A stretch of DNA of 64,000 bases from Marsupella aquatica (taxonomy: Eukaryota > Plantae > Marchantiophyta). Shown piece by piece: positions 26,531-39,400 of the stretch. The translations under genes were made by a program, and so were the position numbers. The stretch spans positions 11,212,795-11,276,794 of the forward strand of contig OZ316896.1 of assembly GCA_973895155.1 (NCBI GenBank), written 5' to 3'. The notes under the pieces were generated by a model that saw only the letters and a program-made list of their open reading frames with translations, was not told the origin of the DNA and searched no databases. Each line of letters begins with the position of its first letter. Within the stretch, counting starts at the first letter, position 1.

Positions 26531-28808
26531 AGAGGAATGATTTCGGAAGATTGCGGTCCATGGAACATGAGAATTACATTCCACTGACCACGAAACAGCA
26601 CAGAGCAGGAATTGCATTACATGACGCGGGGGGGGGCCCAGAAATGCGAGTGACCAACACCCAGAGGTGGAGAACGCGCATCAGGGCAATATCCGGTTCG
26701 GGAGAAAAACTTTCCCCAGAAAAGCGACTGAAAAGCACCCAGAAGTGGAAGAAAACCTTTCCGGTTTGAGACAAAAGCTTTCCAGAGAAACATTGCCATC
26801 TTCTGAACGCCATGGGAGTTCCGACTGCACTTGAATAGTAAGAAATGAGAGTTATTGACAACGACATGCACAGTCAACTTGCTGGGCTTGCACGGAATGG
26901 ACATATTTCCTACACAGATACACACATACACTGTAGTGAGCACTGTAGTGAGCAGTCCACAGCACGAAGAATGATATCTCCCTTGTCCGTAGGCTGTAGA
27001 CTAGGCCAGCACACAACGACGGCACTTTTCGCACTGAAAAGTACTCGGCATCGACCTACTACTATATATCTCGGACCTTTGACTACTTTTGAGTTATAGT
27101 TGAATTCATTCCTCAGCTGACTGAGGTGAGTGACCACCGCCACGAGTACGTTCATGGCGGCCGGCAAGCGTCAAATGAACCACTATGTACCAATAGCTTT
27201 TAGCGACTCCTTGTAGTCAGAATGACATCGCGAGCCCTGCCCCACATATCCATAGTCTACCCAGACTGAAAAGCAGCATTCCTGGTCTTGACAATCTTCG
27301 ACGACAATGTGGCAAACGAGACACGGGTTAATCCAGGAAAAGCCATTTCCTACCCACTTCCTGAAACGCGGTAAGTTCCCGAATCATTGTAAGAGAGGAC
27401 AATATGAGCTCTCTTGACCGACCATGTACACCCATCGATGAACTCCCATGCAGGCATCAGACGAATTGCATGTGTACGTGGCCATGGCCCACAGTTCAGA
27501 GCGGTGGATATGATACAAGCAGAGAGGCAGTCATTGGTCCACGGCGGGATTGGTAAACTTTTGCGTCCACCGTGCAATTTAGTCGAAAACAACGAACCAC
27601 TTTATTCCTATATGGGGATCACAGTCAAATGGAGTGACTAAGATAAGCCGCAGTGGGACTGACAAGAGACTTAACAACACTGTGACACCGACCAACACAT
27701 GGATGCGCAGAAATGGGAGAAAGTAATGTGGAAGGGGCGATCCACAAGTCGCGTTCATTCCTGTACATAAAACTTTACCAATTGGCACTCTTGAGTTGAA
27801 CTCTGGAATGGCTGTTTTGGAGAATACTCACCCAAGTCGCTATCGACACGGGTGAAACAGCTGACCTTACATCACAGAAAGTCCTCAATTTAAGTTTTCG
27901 ACATTTCTTTGTGCGCAATGTAATGCGCAAGGAAAATTGGGAGTAGAACCCACCTTGTCGAAGCTGCTATCTAATCTAAATCTGTTCTACACCCAAGTTT
28001 GGGTCTCCGATTTCGGGTTCAGGAGGGACTCGATCAATACGGCACAAATAGAAGGAGATACTCAGCTGAAGTGCTCAGCATGTAGGGTGATTCGTGAATC
28101 ATCACCCATCTAATTCGCCCTCTGTGGCCACCAAGCGTCTGCTGCAAATTGTGGAGTCCCTCCAGACTAGTTCCTATCTTTATTTTGTGACATCTCCCGC
28201 GATGTGCCCTCGAGACTATATACAAAACCATCCGAAACAACGCAGTGCATCATCCATTCTACGTCCACACTGACGCAGTGGCACAGCGACCTTCCACTAA
28301 CCTACAAAATTGGTGCAGCCCACAAACGCATCGGAACACTGTTCCCTGAAGGAACATAAACTGAAAAGGGTGGAAACTTCCTAAGCTCGTCCACAGAGAT
28401 AGGTGGCGGGAATAGCTAGGAGATTTTCAATTCCGGTAAGCGGATCTACGTTCGAAACTTTTGAAGACAGGTGGGCGAGGACTGGGTTCCGGGTTCCCCA
28501 AGCAAATCGAAAAGTCTCCGAACTCCTGCACCACCTTAGCCCAGCCATCCAACAACCAGGCGACGTAATCCATCTGATGGTGAAAAACCGAACAAAACAC
28601 TCCACAGAACCCAACCCGAAGAGACTCCTGGCAGATTACAGTCGATCTGATGGGATACCTACAAATACATTCATGCTTGCCGAGGTGCTCGAGTGATTAG
28701 CACCTCCCACCGTAACAGATTGATGGGAAATGTAGAAAATCCTTCAGTAGAGAAGACGTAAGATCACGAGACGCGCGAATGCCCAGAGGGCTAGACGAAA
28801 GGGGTCTC

Positions 28809-29522
28809 TCAAGCCTGATCAAGAGCAAGGTCAGCACCAACCACCTCCACCAGGTGCAAAAACAATGCAGGATCGCAGAAGAGGAGTGCCCGACTTTGAA
28901 ACTCGGGAGATCCGACCATTTCCTCGGAGCACTTCATCATCGTTTGGAACAGATGGTGAGAGAGCAGATGCTTGTTAATGACATATTTCTCCCTCCTCCC
29001 GCTTCGTTCACCAACCACCACTGTCATGTAGTCCTCTCTCTCCTCTTCATCGTTCGGCAGTTTCTCCAGCGTGATGGTCCTCGGTTCACAATTGCTCTGA
29101 TCCAAGCCCTCAATGTTCTTATCACGCCCTAAAGCCTTTTCCGCATGCCCGCTGCTGCTATTGCTAGTAGCGCCTGAGTTGCTACTGCTGCTGCTGCTAC
29201 TATTACGTCTGAATCCCAGACGTCTTCCGAACGACTTCGACAGGTTGAATGCCTTGGGAGAAGAAAATCCCCAATGTGAGTCGCTGCCGCTGGACGCAGC
29301 AGCAGGGGCGCGGGGGGAAGAATCCCATGACCCGGGCGTCCTCGGAGAAGACGAGCTACAGGGGCTGGATGACCTAGACCGCGTGCGTGTCAGAAACTTC
29401 AGCCTCTTCGATTGAAGCCCCGTATGCTCCATATCTGAATCACTGGTGCCGCCCTCCCCAGCTCCGCTCCCACCGCTGTTATCACGCCCTTTCGGAGAAT
29501 GTCGGCTCCTCCACGATGCCAT
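28809..29522 (-). CDS. SAUR (Auxin_inducible)-domain protein with a long Ser/Arg-rich N-terminal extension, 237 aa, intronless
   Basis: C-terminus DYMTVVVGERSGRREKYVINKHLLSHHLFQTMMKCSEEMVG...LLFCDPALF matches the SAUR consensus GxxxVYVG..RRFVV...L.HPLF..LL..AEEEFG....L.IPC....F. Confidence 0.8.
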   Translation of the reverse strand: MASWRSRHSPKGRDNSGGSGAGEGGTSDSDMEHTGLQSKRLKFLTRTRSRSSSPCSSSSPRTPGSWDSSPRAPAAASSGSDSHWGFSSPKAFNLSKSFGRRLGFRRNSSSSSSSNSGATSNSSSGHAEKALGRDKNIEGLDQSNCEPRTITLEKLPNDEEEREDYMTVVVGERSGRREKYVINKHLLSHHLFQTMMKCSEEMVGSPEFQSRALLFCDPALFLHLVEVVGADLALDQA

Positions 29523-31994
29523 CGCTTATATATAAGCTATTACTGATCAACCTCCCTGTCCTCCGATATAAGCTGATCCACTACCGTTCACGTCCCTGAA
29601 CTTCCTCACAATCCAACCTACCGGGACAACGAATGTTGCGCCGCAGAATTCAAGGACTTGCGGGTGCGCGTTCCAGTCACTCGTTCGCATGTATCCCTCG
29701 TCTACTTGTCACTCTCCACTCTACACTGCTTGAAGATGAAAAATCCTTCCTATGGGGAAAAGCGGAACCGTTCCAATCCAAAATCCTTAGAAGATCCGGT
29801 CGAGCAAACAACGAATGGAAGATGAGAGCTCTACGGGTAGAGAACGCGGAAATTGAGCAAGATTGGGTCGATTTCATTCGCAAGGTTCAATCAATCAAGT
29901 CCTTAGACGACACGATAGTGGTTCGGCGGAGACGAGAGCTCGTCGGTCCGCAAAGAGAGGAGGAAGGAGAGGGCATTGTTCGGGACGCCCGCCACTCTCT
30001 GAGCCACACGAGAATGGTGCCTCGACTTATATGCCTCCACCCGTCTCGTGATCTCGCCGACCCATCGCGAGAATCATGATCAGAGACGCGAATTCGATGC
30101 TGCGAGTCAGAGCTTTACCACTGTCATGGCAACAGAACCACAACATGGAGGAGAGAGAGCGGAAGAGTCGGAAAAGCAGGAGAACAGCATAACGACTTCG
30201 CGACGAAGAAGAAGAGAAGAGAAGAGAAGAGAAGAGCCGTTTTCCACGACGACGACGCGGAGTAAAAAAAACGTGTCACCGCACTGTGAGAAGCGAAAGT
30301 TACCACCTCTTTGCGGTTGCTCGTTCCCCCCACGCGGCGCCCTCCCATTCCCACAGCGACGAAAGCTGCCGGACTCATTACACAATCGTGACGCGCATTT
30401 AAAGACCCCCGAATTATTTTGGCGCCGCGCGACGGATTGTGCCGGCATCTTCCCATCCTCGCCGTCGGTGGATAAGATCGACCGTTGAGAACTGAGTGCG
30501 GAAAATTAACCCCCCATTTTCCAGCGCGCCAATTCCCGCCCGTTTGAGAGTCCTCTGTGAGTCTGTGCGGTCTGCTCGGGCCTGCCCGATGCCATGAGCC
30601 CATGCCTGCAGGGACGTGCCCGCTGCCCCGTCGGGCCGCAGACCGAAAGCGACATCATGATTGTGCCCGCCTGCAAAAATACTCACCGTATTATTACGAT
30701 ATAACTATATCTCGGAATGACAATAAATGACGCCCGTGGATCCCACATCTCAACGGTTCAAGATCTTCCACCGCGAATTGCAAGGTTTCTGTCAGAAAGC
30801 GTCCCAGCCAGGACCGTACTACGATCTTTTGAGACGACGGGCAAGTGAAACGCGCCACCGTACCATATCTGGTTTTACTGGCAGCCAAGACGGATCTTGC
30901 GAGATGTGTCGGTCTGTATCCGTCGATGATTATTTTGGACGGCCCATGTCAAACTGGAGGGATCGCACTCGTAATTCTATTGACACACGCTCTGCGCGAG
31001 GTGAAAAAGGCGGACAGCGCCATGTCGGTGATTACCGTACAGGATAATACTGACCCGCGCCAAAATGGAAGATTTTTTTCTGCGAGAGACCTCGTAAGGG
31101 CCGTCGATGCCTAAGATCGGCGGCCTTTATGAACTGTCATAAAAATGTGCCTTTGTTGCAGTCTGTCGTTACCGTCCAAAACTTAAATACGTTGCCTTTT
31201 GAGACTTTTGGAGCCCGAATTTACAATATACGGTATCGTACAGGAAAACGGTCTCAGGAACTGTACGAGTACATTTTCCGATACACGTTATTTCAAGACA
31301 AAGGACGTTAAAAAGAAAAAAGTTTAAATAGCTGCGCACGTAAGAAAAAAATGTTTTCTGTTTTCCCCCGCCCCCTTTTGAACTCATGCTTTACTGACGA
31401 GTCAAATGTAACACGAGCAACTTCATTACGTCAACCCTTATTGGGTTTGGTTACTGTGACTGGAGGTTCACCCACCCTAGTAAACACAACTCAGAAAAGC
31501 TTCCCTCGCCTACAACAACAACAAAAGGTAATAACACGAATCTATGAAGGAGATTTCTTTGGGAGGTTTTTGTAAATGGGATGAAAAATGAGAAGAGCGG
31601 AACTTGTTTTCTTTTATCTTTAAGGGGTCATGTACATATTCTAGATTGTAGCCCATGCTCAAATGATTATGTTAATAAAACTATGCTATATAGAACAGAG
31701 GGTCTACATTTTGATTGGCGTCAATGATAACTCAATAATGGTCTATCTTTGGTTTGCTGTATAATTGGAGAGATATCAATCATCATACATGTATGTGTTA
31801 AAGTGAACAAAATCTGGCCCTTGAATGGTGGGCCTTGTTGGCCAAATCCTGCCCCCACCTTGTACTTTCATGCTTCCGTAAATTAGTAGAAGCTTTGGTT
31901 GCATTTGACCCTGGCTTGTGTGACATTGTCTGACCCCAATAGTTCTGAACATAACTATGTTGTAACAAATTCAACCAAAGCAAAATTTGACCAT

Positions 31995-32065
31995 GTGCAT
32001 AGTGCAATTGTAAGTGCTCTTGCGTCAAACTGTGAGGTCAAGGGCTCGAACCTCACTACAAGAGG
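31995..32065 (+). other. Degenerate tRNA-derived sequence (SINE head or pseudo-tRNA)
   Basis: A-box-like tagtgcaattgt and B-box-like ggctcgaacc at tRNA-like spacing, with a gtgagg/cctcac stem. No intact cloverleaf. Confidence 0.4.
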
Positions 32066-32992
32066 CATGTATGATAAAGTGTTTCACCTTAAGCATTGAT
32101 AGGAGACAGAGGGGGCCTCCCCGATTTCTGGGAAACCCAATCTTTGATAATATCAAAATTAGCTGGTCGCCCTGTGTGTCCTTATTCCTGGGGTGTATGT
32201 GGAATAAAAAGTAGATTGAAAGTTTAATAAGAATTTGCAAAACAAAGAAAGCATCCAAGTACATGGAGTGGTTTGTGGAAAGAGCAGGTGGGAATAAGTT
32301 GATGACAAGAACTGCACAACCCCACAAAACCATCTACCCTTAACTACCTGACTTGCAAATCAACCTAAAATAGAGGCGCCAACAACCTTACCTAATCAAT
32401 GTTGCTTGTTTTGGGGAATTCCAAATTGGTCGTTATGATGTCCTTCCATGCAGCAACCAACCTGTTGTCTCAGATTTTTAAGGGCCATGTGTTTGGCCTG
32501 AGCTTACATGGTAGCCTTGTGCATAAGGAGAGTGTGATGCAGTGGGCGGACACACTCATACGTAATTTACCAAGCTGTTTTAGAATGTCTAAGAAAGCCA
32601 ACGAGCTTTCACAATGTGTGATTTGCATGAATAGTCCCAGATTTGTGAGTCCATCTTGTACTTTCTCTAATTGCAATAGACATATTTCTTGGTGGCAACT
32701 TCTACACCCCCAGGATTGACTCTAACTGAAAGAGGTGATTGTAATATCCTAATCTGTCTCTCTGGAGGCCCTTGTCTGCCAAGACAAAAATAAATAATTT
32801 GAATTAATGGGACCCCTGAGCCTCACAACCTCCTGAAGGACCCCCTGTTTGTCAAAAAGACTCTCCAAATTAGGTTGATCTGCTATTTCTCCAGACAAAA
32901 ACACTTAGTTTCTGGAAGCAATTAAACTATTTTTTTCATGAAACAAGTTACCACTGCAGTACTATATGAATGGTTAACATAAGAACTTGTTA

Positions 32993-33222
32993 TTGGCTAT
33001 CAATAATTGGAGGTTGAATAAAAAACCACTACTGTTACTACTCCTGTTGCTTTGTGGTATTCCAATGCAATCCTTAAGGGGCAGGAAATGGGCCCACAGG
33101 GTCTTTGTGAAAGGACCCATCTCCTGCCCTTTAAGGACTGCATTGGAATACCACAAAGCGGGAATAGTAGTAACAGACTAACAGTAGTGGTTTTTATTCA
33201 ACCTCCAATTATTGAAAGCCAA
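32993..33222. repeat. 230-bp foldback (long inverted repeat); MITE or hairpin-RNA locus
   Basis: Arms ttggctatcaataattggaggttgaataaaaaaccactactgtt...gctttgtggtattccaatgcaatccttaaggggcagga and their near-perfect reverse complement flank a ~20-nt loop. Confidence 0.9.
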
Positions 33223-36200
33223 CTTTCTCACTGTTCTGCAAACATAGTCGTGATGCACGTGGGGAAACTAGAATATGACTTTCCTAATTAAAATATGCAC
33301 CTGGCCTAGAGAGGGACTCTTGCTCACATTCAAAGGAGGTAGTCAGGCCTGACTTCCTGAGAGACTTGAAAGAAGCAAGACCTCGTTGAAAAACTTTACT
33401 CCTTCAAAGCTTATTTTTCTTTGTTGGAAGGTTAGAAAGGCAGGCCTTCAATGTTCTTTCAAGGTGTCAGAAATACATTCTTAGTAGCAAGTGAGAATAT
33501 AGTGAAGTCAAGGATTGAATACATTGAGTAGAGCCTCCCCTCTTTCCGTGCAAAAACAATATTTTTGTCAAGGCAGTGAGGGCCCTAGAGGAACAGTGGC
33601 TCCTTCCTTCCATCGTTTATATACACAGGAAAAGACTGGGTACCTATGGACTGACAACCACCCAAAATGACAACACTTCCATGTCTCACTTGTATTTATT
33701 TGTCTCATCTCCATATTTTGTGTATTATTGCAGCGTCAATGTGCCCTCAACAACTGCATGGCTGCAATGATAATTGTGCAACAACAATGTTCAATGCTCT
33801 ATTGTGTTTCTTTATTGAGCAGGAAACGGTGAACAACAAAGCGGACTGGGAGTTTGCTTTGACAAGAAATAGTAGTGAGATCACCTCTAGCCCTTTTATG
33901 TCTCCAACCATGTAAAGTTTGCCCTAGAGAGATGGCTACTGCGCGTCTCGATGGCTACTGTACCTATAGAAAATCTATGCCTTTAGCAGCGAATCCCACA
34001 GAAGTAAGGTTCAATCAGCAACCCCTCTTGAATTATGGCCTCAATCATTTACAGAACAAGAAAAGAAAAACCTCAAGCATGACCACCTTCAATAATTCAT
34101 AGGCGATTCTTATAAAGGTTCTAAATGCCCCCCCTCCCCCCCTCTGGTCCTTGCCATGGGGTTTCTGGGTCTTGATAAAACTCATTTGAAAAAAACAGAC
34201 TCCAAAATGCCACCCATGACACACCTAATATTGACCCAAAAACCTTTTCGAGGGTTTTTGCACATCCCTGACAAAGATCTTTGTTGTTGTTATGGACCCC
34301 ATGACAAGTTCTTTGCAGACTTCCTGGCCCATCCTTGTGTTTAGCGGCTTCCAGTGCCAACATGAACAATGATGTTTGTGACAAGAAACAAACACAACCT
34401 TTTATGTTTGTGGCAAGGCCTTGAAAATTTGCCAGACCCAGGAACAATAAAAAGCAAAAATCAACAATTAACATGCCCCACACCAAAGGACGGGGGCGCA
34501 AAAGTAACCAATTGTAACCTTTCTATTTGATTTTTGAATTATAAGAAATAATTCATATTTATCTAATTATTTTACTTAGAAATAAATAGCAAGTAACTCT
34601 AGCCATTAGATATAATTGATTGACTCATTTGATAAGATTATTGACTACCAAATAGGATGGTGGATGACAATACACAAGGGTCACAACAGAAGGTTTCAGC
34701 AAATGTGCATGCCATCAAATTTCCTGAGTCAGTGGATGAGATTGGATGTTGCATTTCACGATAATGGTGTGTACTTTAAACCGACAGCACTCTATATTAG
34801 TCACTTATCTGTTTTGGGGTTTTGTGAGTTGTTTCTGTGCTACCGGGGTATATCAACATCCTAAGATGCATCAAAAAGACTTTTATAGCCTTAATCTTGT
34901 CGTCTCTAAATGGTGCGGGCTGAGACTTTATGTTGTTTCTTAGCTTGGGACCTACTTACTAAAACATATGAAGAAAAATTGAAATCTCAAAATTTTCCAA
35001 AGTCCCTTGTGAAAACCAATCAGATGTAAGAGATTGAAGGAAACAATTAAAGAAAAGTAGTTGGGATTGGGAGAGGGGAAAACAAAAGGGATGGGACGTC
35101 TATGAGGATGGGCAGGAGGTGGAAAGAAAATTGAGGTTACAAGTTTAGCTTTAGTTGAACTTTAGCCACTATGCACTTTCCACTTTTGTTGAGCATTTTG
35201 TTGAGCACGTTCATAGACTGAAAGAATTGAAGTCTAGGAGTCGGGCTTTCCGGTAGGGTTTTTTGCATAAATTGCATAGATAATACAGCAAGGGGGGCAG
35301 TACTCGTAGTAGAGAATACAAAGGAGGAAACAAATGAATATTAGTAAAATGATGTAAAGCCTTAGGTCTTTCCAGATTGTAAGGACAGCCATAAAATCTT
35401 CAAATATCTGGCAAATCCAACATGCAAGGCAAGTTTTTCTAAATACTTGTTACCCTTGTTTTTCTTTGTATCACTTTGCAGGGACATGGAGATGGGAAGC
35501 TTTGGCAGTATTTTGCCACTTAGAAAAATCACGGCCAACAACAGTTACTACCATAGTGCCATCCTGGCTTGTGTAGAAATCAAATAATTACTAAAATATC
35601 GTCCCTGACTAAGATAATATGCAAGGGTGCTTGTGCAAGCTCAACATAATTTTGTGATGCAAATTTAAGAATGTTATGATCGAGCATTTTGATGTAAATA
35701 GTGATTTGCAGTGTATACATTATTGTTAAAATTAAAAAGTGACAAGGACAAGAGAACATGTATTAGCTTTCTTATAAGGATTGAATCATGCACAAGGGGT
35801 GAACGCTTAGTTGTTGTTGAACATTTGGGGGTGTGGGGGAAAAGAGGAAAAATATGTTGCCCAGTAGCTGGACAATTGGCATAAGGTAAGAGGCAAGGAA
35901 GTCCTCAATAGACTGAAAAGGTGTGCATGGTATATCCGGTTGCTTGTTATAAAGCTTTCTTTTCTCAAAAATGAAAAAATTAAAGGAAGGTTACAATCTC
36001 CCTGATGGCAAGAATTGATTTTGAAACTGAATAATGAACCAGATTCTGTTCCAGCCAAGCCATGGTCGAGTCCATGTTATATGTGCCCTTGGTAGTTACT
36101 AGTGAGAACTATTCAAAAAGTTGAAAAACAAAAATTGAGGGTTTTCCAGACAACAGGAGTGTGATGAAACTTCAAATGCTTTGATCACATCAACTTTATT

Positions 36201-36478
36201 TAGCCCCATTTGCACCAATATGTGACTGAAGCCAGCCCCATTAGGATGCATGTATACCTACTGATGCAGTCTTGGGTAAAAGCAGCAGATGCTAAAAACC
36301 ATCTTGAATTGAAGGGGCTGTGAAAACATTTTTAGATGTCAAACCCACAACTGAATTTACAATTCATGTCTTCCTGCTCCTCATTTCACTCACAGACTCA
36401 GACAAAGAAAGTCATATGAGTAGGGATAATTTCCAACACAAGAGAATTCTCGTCTATTTAAATAAAAGAAGTGAACAT

Positions 36479-39400
36479 TCAGTAATTCTCAAGCTCAATG
36501 ATTTTCACTATTGATGAGTCTCCAACTTTTTGGCAGACTACAATTCTATCATGCGCCCTGATGATGCCAGCTACTTTCCCATGATCCAGAGCCACCTTCA
36601 AAATAGATTCAACAGAGATATTCTCATTGATCAGAAATATGTGCTCCCAACAGCAGCTTGTAAAAGTACAACAGGATAAGTAGAAAGCAAAAAATGGTTA
36701 TGAGGCATGATGCAGGATCCAGCTTTACACTGAGAGTTTCTGGCTGGTGTAATGTCAAAACGATTCCAGCCTCATTCATAATTTAATGCAGTGTTGTTTG
36801 ATAATTTTGAAAGTAAATTTCTCCAACTTGTTTGGACCCAAATTTGCTTGAGTTTGGACTTCCAATTAGCATCTCTTCTACAAAATTTGGATCTACCAGC
36901 ATTCTCAAAAGCAACACGAGGAATCATCTTTCTCACACATTGTTATTGAGGTAGAAAACCTGACAACATGGTTGCTTGCAAACTTCACACCAAAAACCTT
37001 TACTAGACATACAGTTGTTATTAGGGGAAACGGAAAGGAAAACCACTTACTGGATGTCTTGGGTCTGCAAGCATGGGAAAAAGACCTCTCACAGCCAAAC
37101 ATTGTCTTGCCTGCAAATACACAAATTTCATTGAGCCCTGTTCATTCATTCTTGCTCAAAGGCAAATTTGTTATGGAATTAAAAAAGAAGTTTTATAATT
37201 GATATAAGTGAATGTTTGGTTGATAAGATGTACCTGAAATGCCCCCGTGAAACTCCATCGCAGATGATTTGTAGTAAGTTTGGGAATGACAATCACTAGC
37301 ACTGGCATTGTTGGCTTGTATTTTGCAAGTAATCTAATGCATGAAGTTCCACAACCGTTACAATGATAACTACCAGTAGACCACCAGTAGGCTAACAGAT
37401 GTTGAAGACAGATTTTGAGACAGATAAAAGATTAAGCATGGAATCTTTCGTAGCAAAGGCAAAGCAATTTTGTGAGCTTTACCAAGTCAAGCTAGTTCAT
37501 TCTCACATCTATCACACCTGCAACTTCATGTTATATGAATGACTAGACCAATGTCGGTGCAATATTGTCGATAGTAGGTGATGTTGAGCTAGGCAGTTGG
37601 ATGTCACTGCAAGTCTACCTAGCAACTGGATTTCAAGGAGTGTGTGAACTGCAGGGAGAGGTCCAGGTTGGGCATGGAAAGGTACATAGTGGCGCGTTTA
37701 GGCCCATGGCATGGCAACAAAACATGTCACAATAAACAGCAAAGGAGACTTCCTGCAGAATGAATTTTTGTAAACAAAGCAGGATTGCAGAGTATAATGT
37801 TGAGACTGGTTGGCTATTTCAGAGCCGCTCTCCCTGTTTTGCAGTGCTTTGTGATTGACAATCATTTGTTACATGTACTACACCCTCTTAAGCTATCAAA
37901 CATTTGAACATGGGGAGAAGCATACCTTGCTGCCTTTCCAGAAGATGTGAAGACAATTATAACTGCAGCTTTTACTTTTATTGCAGCCCTAACCTGTAAT
38001 GCCACATTATTTATGACCCTGATTAAGTAAGAACAGTAATGGCAAAAATAAAAATTTCCATGGCAAGATAAAGTCTACAAATTCAGTTCTTCTCAAAATG
38101 CATGTGTAGTAGGATGTGGGGCATCACCAATGACCCCAATGCCCACCCCTTGGTGATATTTTATAAACCATGACATTCTCATTAATAAGGCAAACTTTGA
38201 TTTCTTACCACAACTATCAATAACCACAGTCATCTAAAAACTTAAAAGGAGGGAGGTCATACTGCTGAGGATGCAATTGACTCCAATTGTGGCATCGGCT
38301 CTCCGACAACCTTCACAAGTCTCTTAAAGAACACAGCTTGGTTGAACACCTTCTCGGCCTAGAAAACCATGTTGTCAACTTGTCCGTAAACAGGTGATCC
38401 TCAACATTTAGCCAGGGCTAAACATAATTTCCTTCACTAACATGTTTAGGATACAAATTCAGGATAAATTCGAATGATCACCATAAGGAAACAGTCTAGG
38501 CTTGAAGGAACTGGAAATATGTGCATAAAGATAACATTACACCTCTTTGCAGGTTTTGTGCACAATTGAGACCGTGTGAACTGGATACTTTCCCCTCAGT
38601 GTTTCTGCTCCTAAAAGGATACCATCAGCACCTGTAGATAGAGAAGTCACAACACAGGTCCAGGTACAACGTAAGCATTGATAAACCATGATTAGTATCT
38701 AACTGGAAATAAGACAAACACTGTCCAAAAGAGGGCAACAATTTATATGCATAATTCTTCCCAGGTCCCTCTCCCGGTCCCTCTCCCGGTCCTCTAGAGG
38801 AAAAACATTTCCATGGTTGATGTTCTGATTTCACTAACATTCTTGGCAGTGTTCAAAAGAACACATGTACCCCTCTACTCTCATTTCTTTGTGCAACTGT
38901 AACAACTGACCTCTCCACAACACATAGTGTCCTAGCTAGGTTGGTGTCAATTCAGAGAGTCATGTGTGTAATTTGGGATCCCATCCTGTATGGTGGTCTA
39001 GGGTTGACACAATCTACCTTTAAGTTTAAGGTCTAAGAAGTAAGGTCTAAGAATTAACATAAACTTTTCTCGCTGCTGTTATGACCTGCTGGTTCCACCC
39101 AGATCTGTGGGGGTTCATCCAGAGCAAATGAAATCCCAAAGAAATGAAATACATATTAGGATATAAAGTATTTTGTACTGAAAAGTAAATGAATCTACTA
39201 GTCATGGGACAATTCTAAAAGGTTTGGTGGAAGTAAGCCTGAAGATGTTGAGTTGAACACTTACAATGACTGGAAACTAGTACCCATCTGATATATGTAC
39301 ACTATTTTGTTGTCTCCATTGCATCTTTGGTACAATAAATTTTGGCTACAAATTCTTGTTGTGTGGGTGAAAATATCAGCTAAAATGATGAGGATGCGGG

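Noticed and set aside
29633-30686. Cluster of 110-160 aa ORFs on both strands
   Set aside because: GC-rich leader/promoter region upstream of the SAUR gene with a GAAGA microsatellite; no domain similarity recognised.
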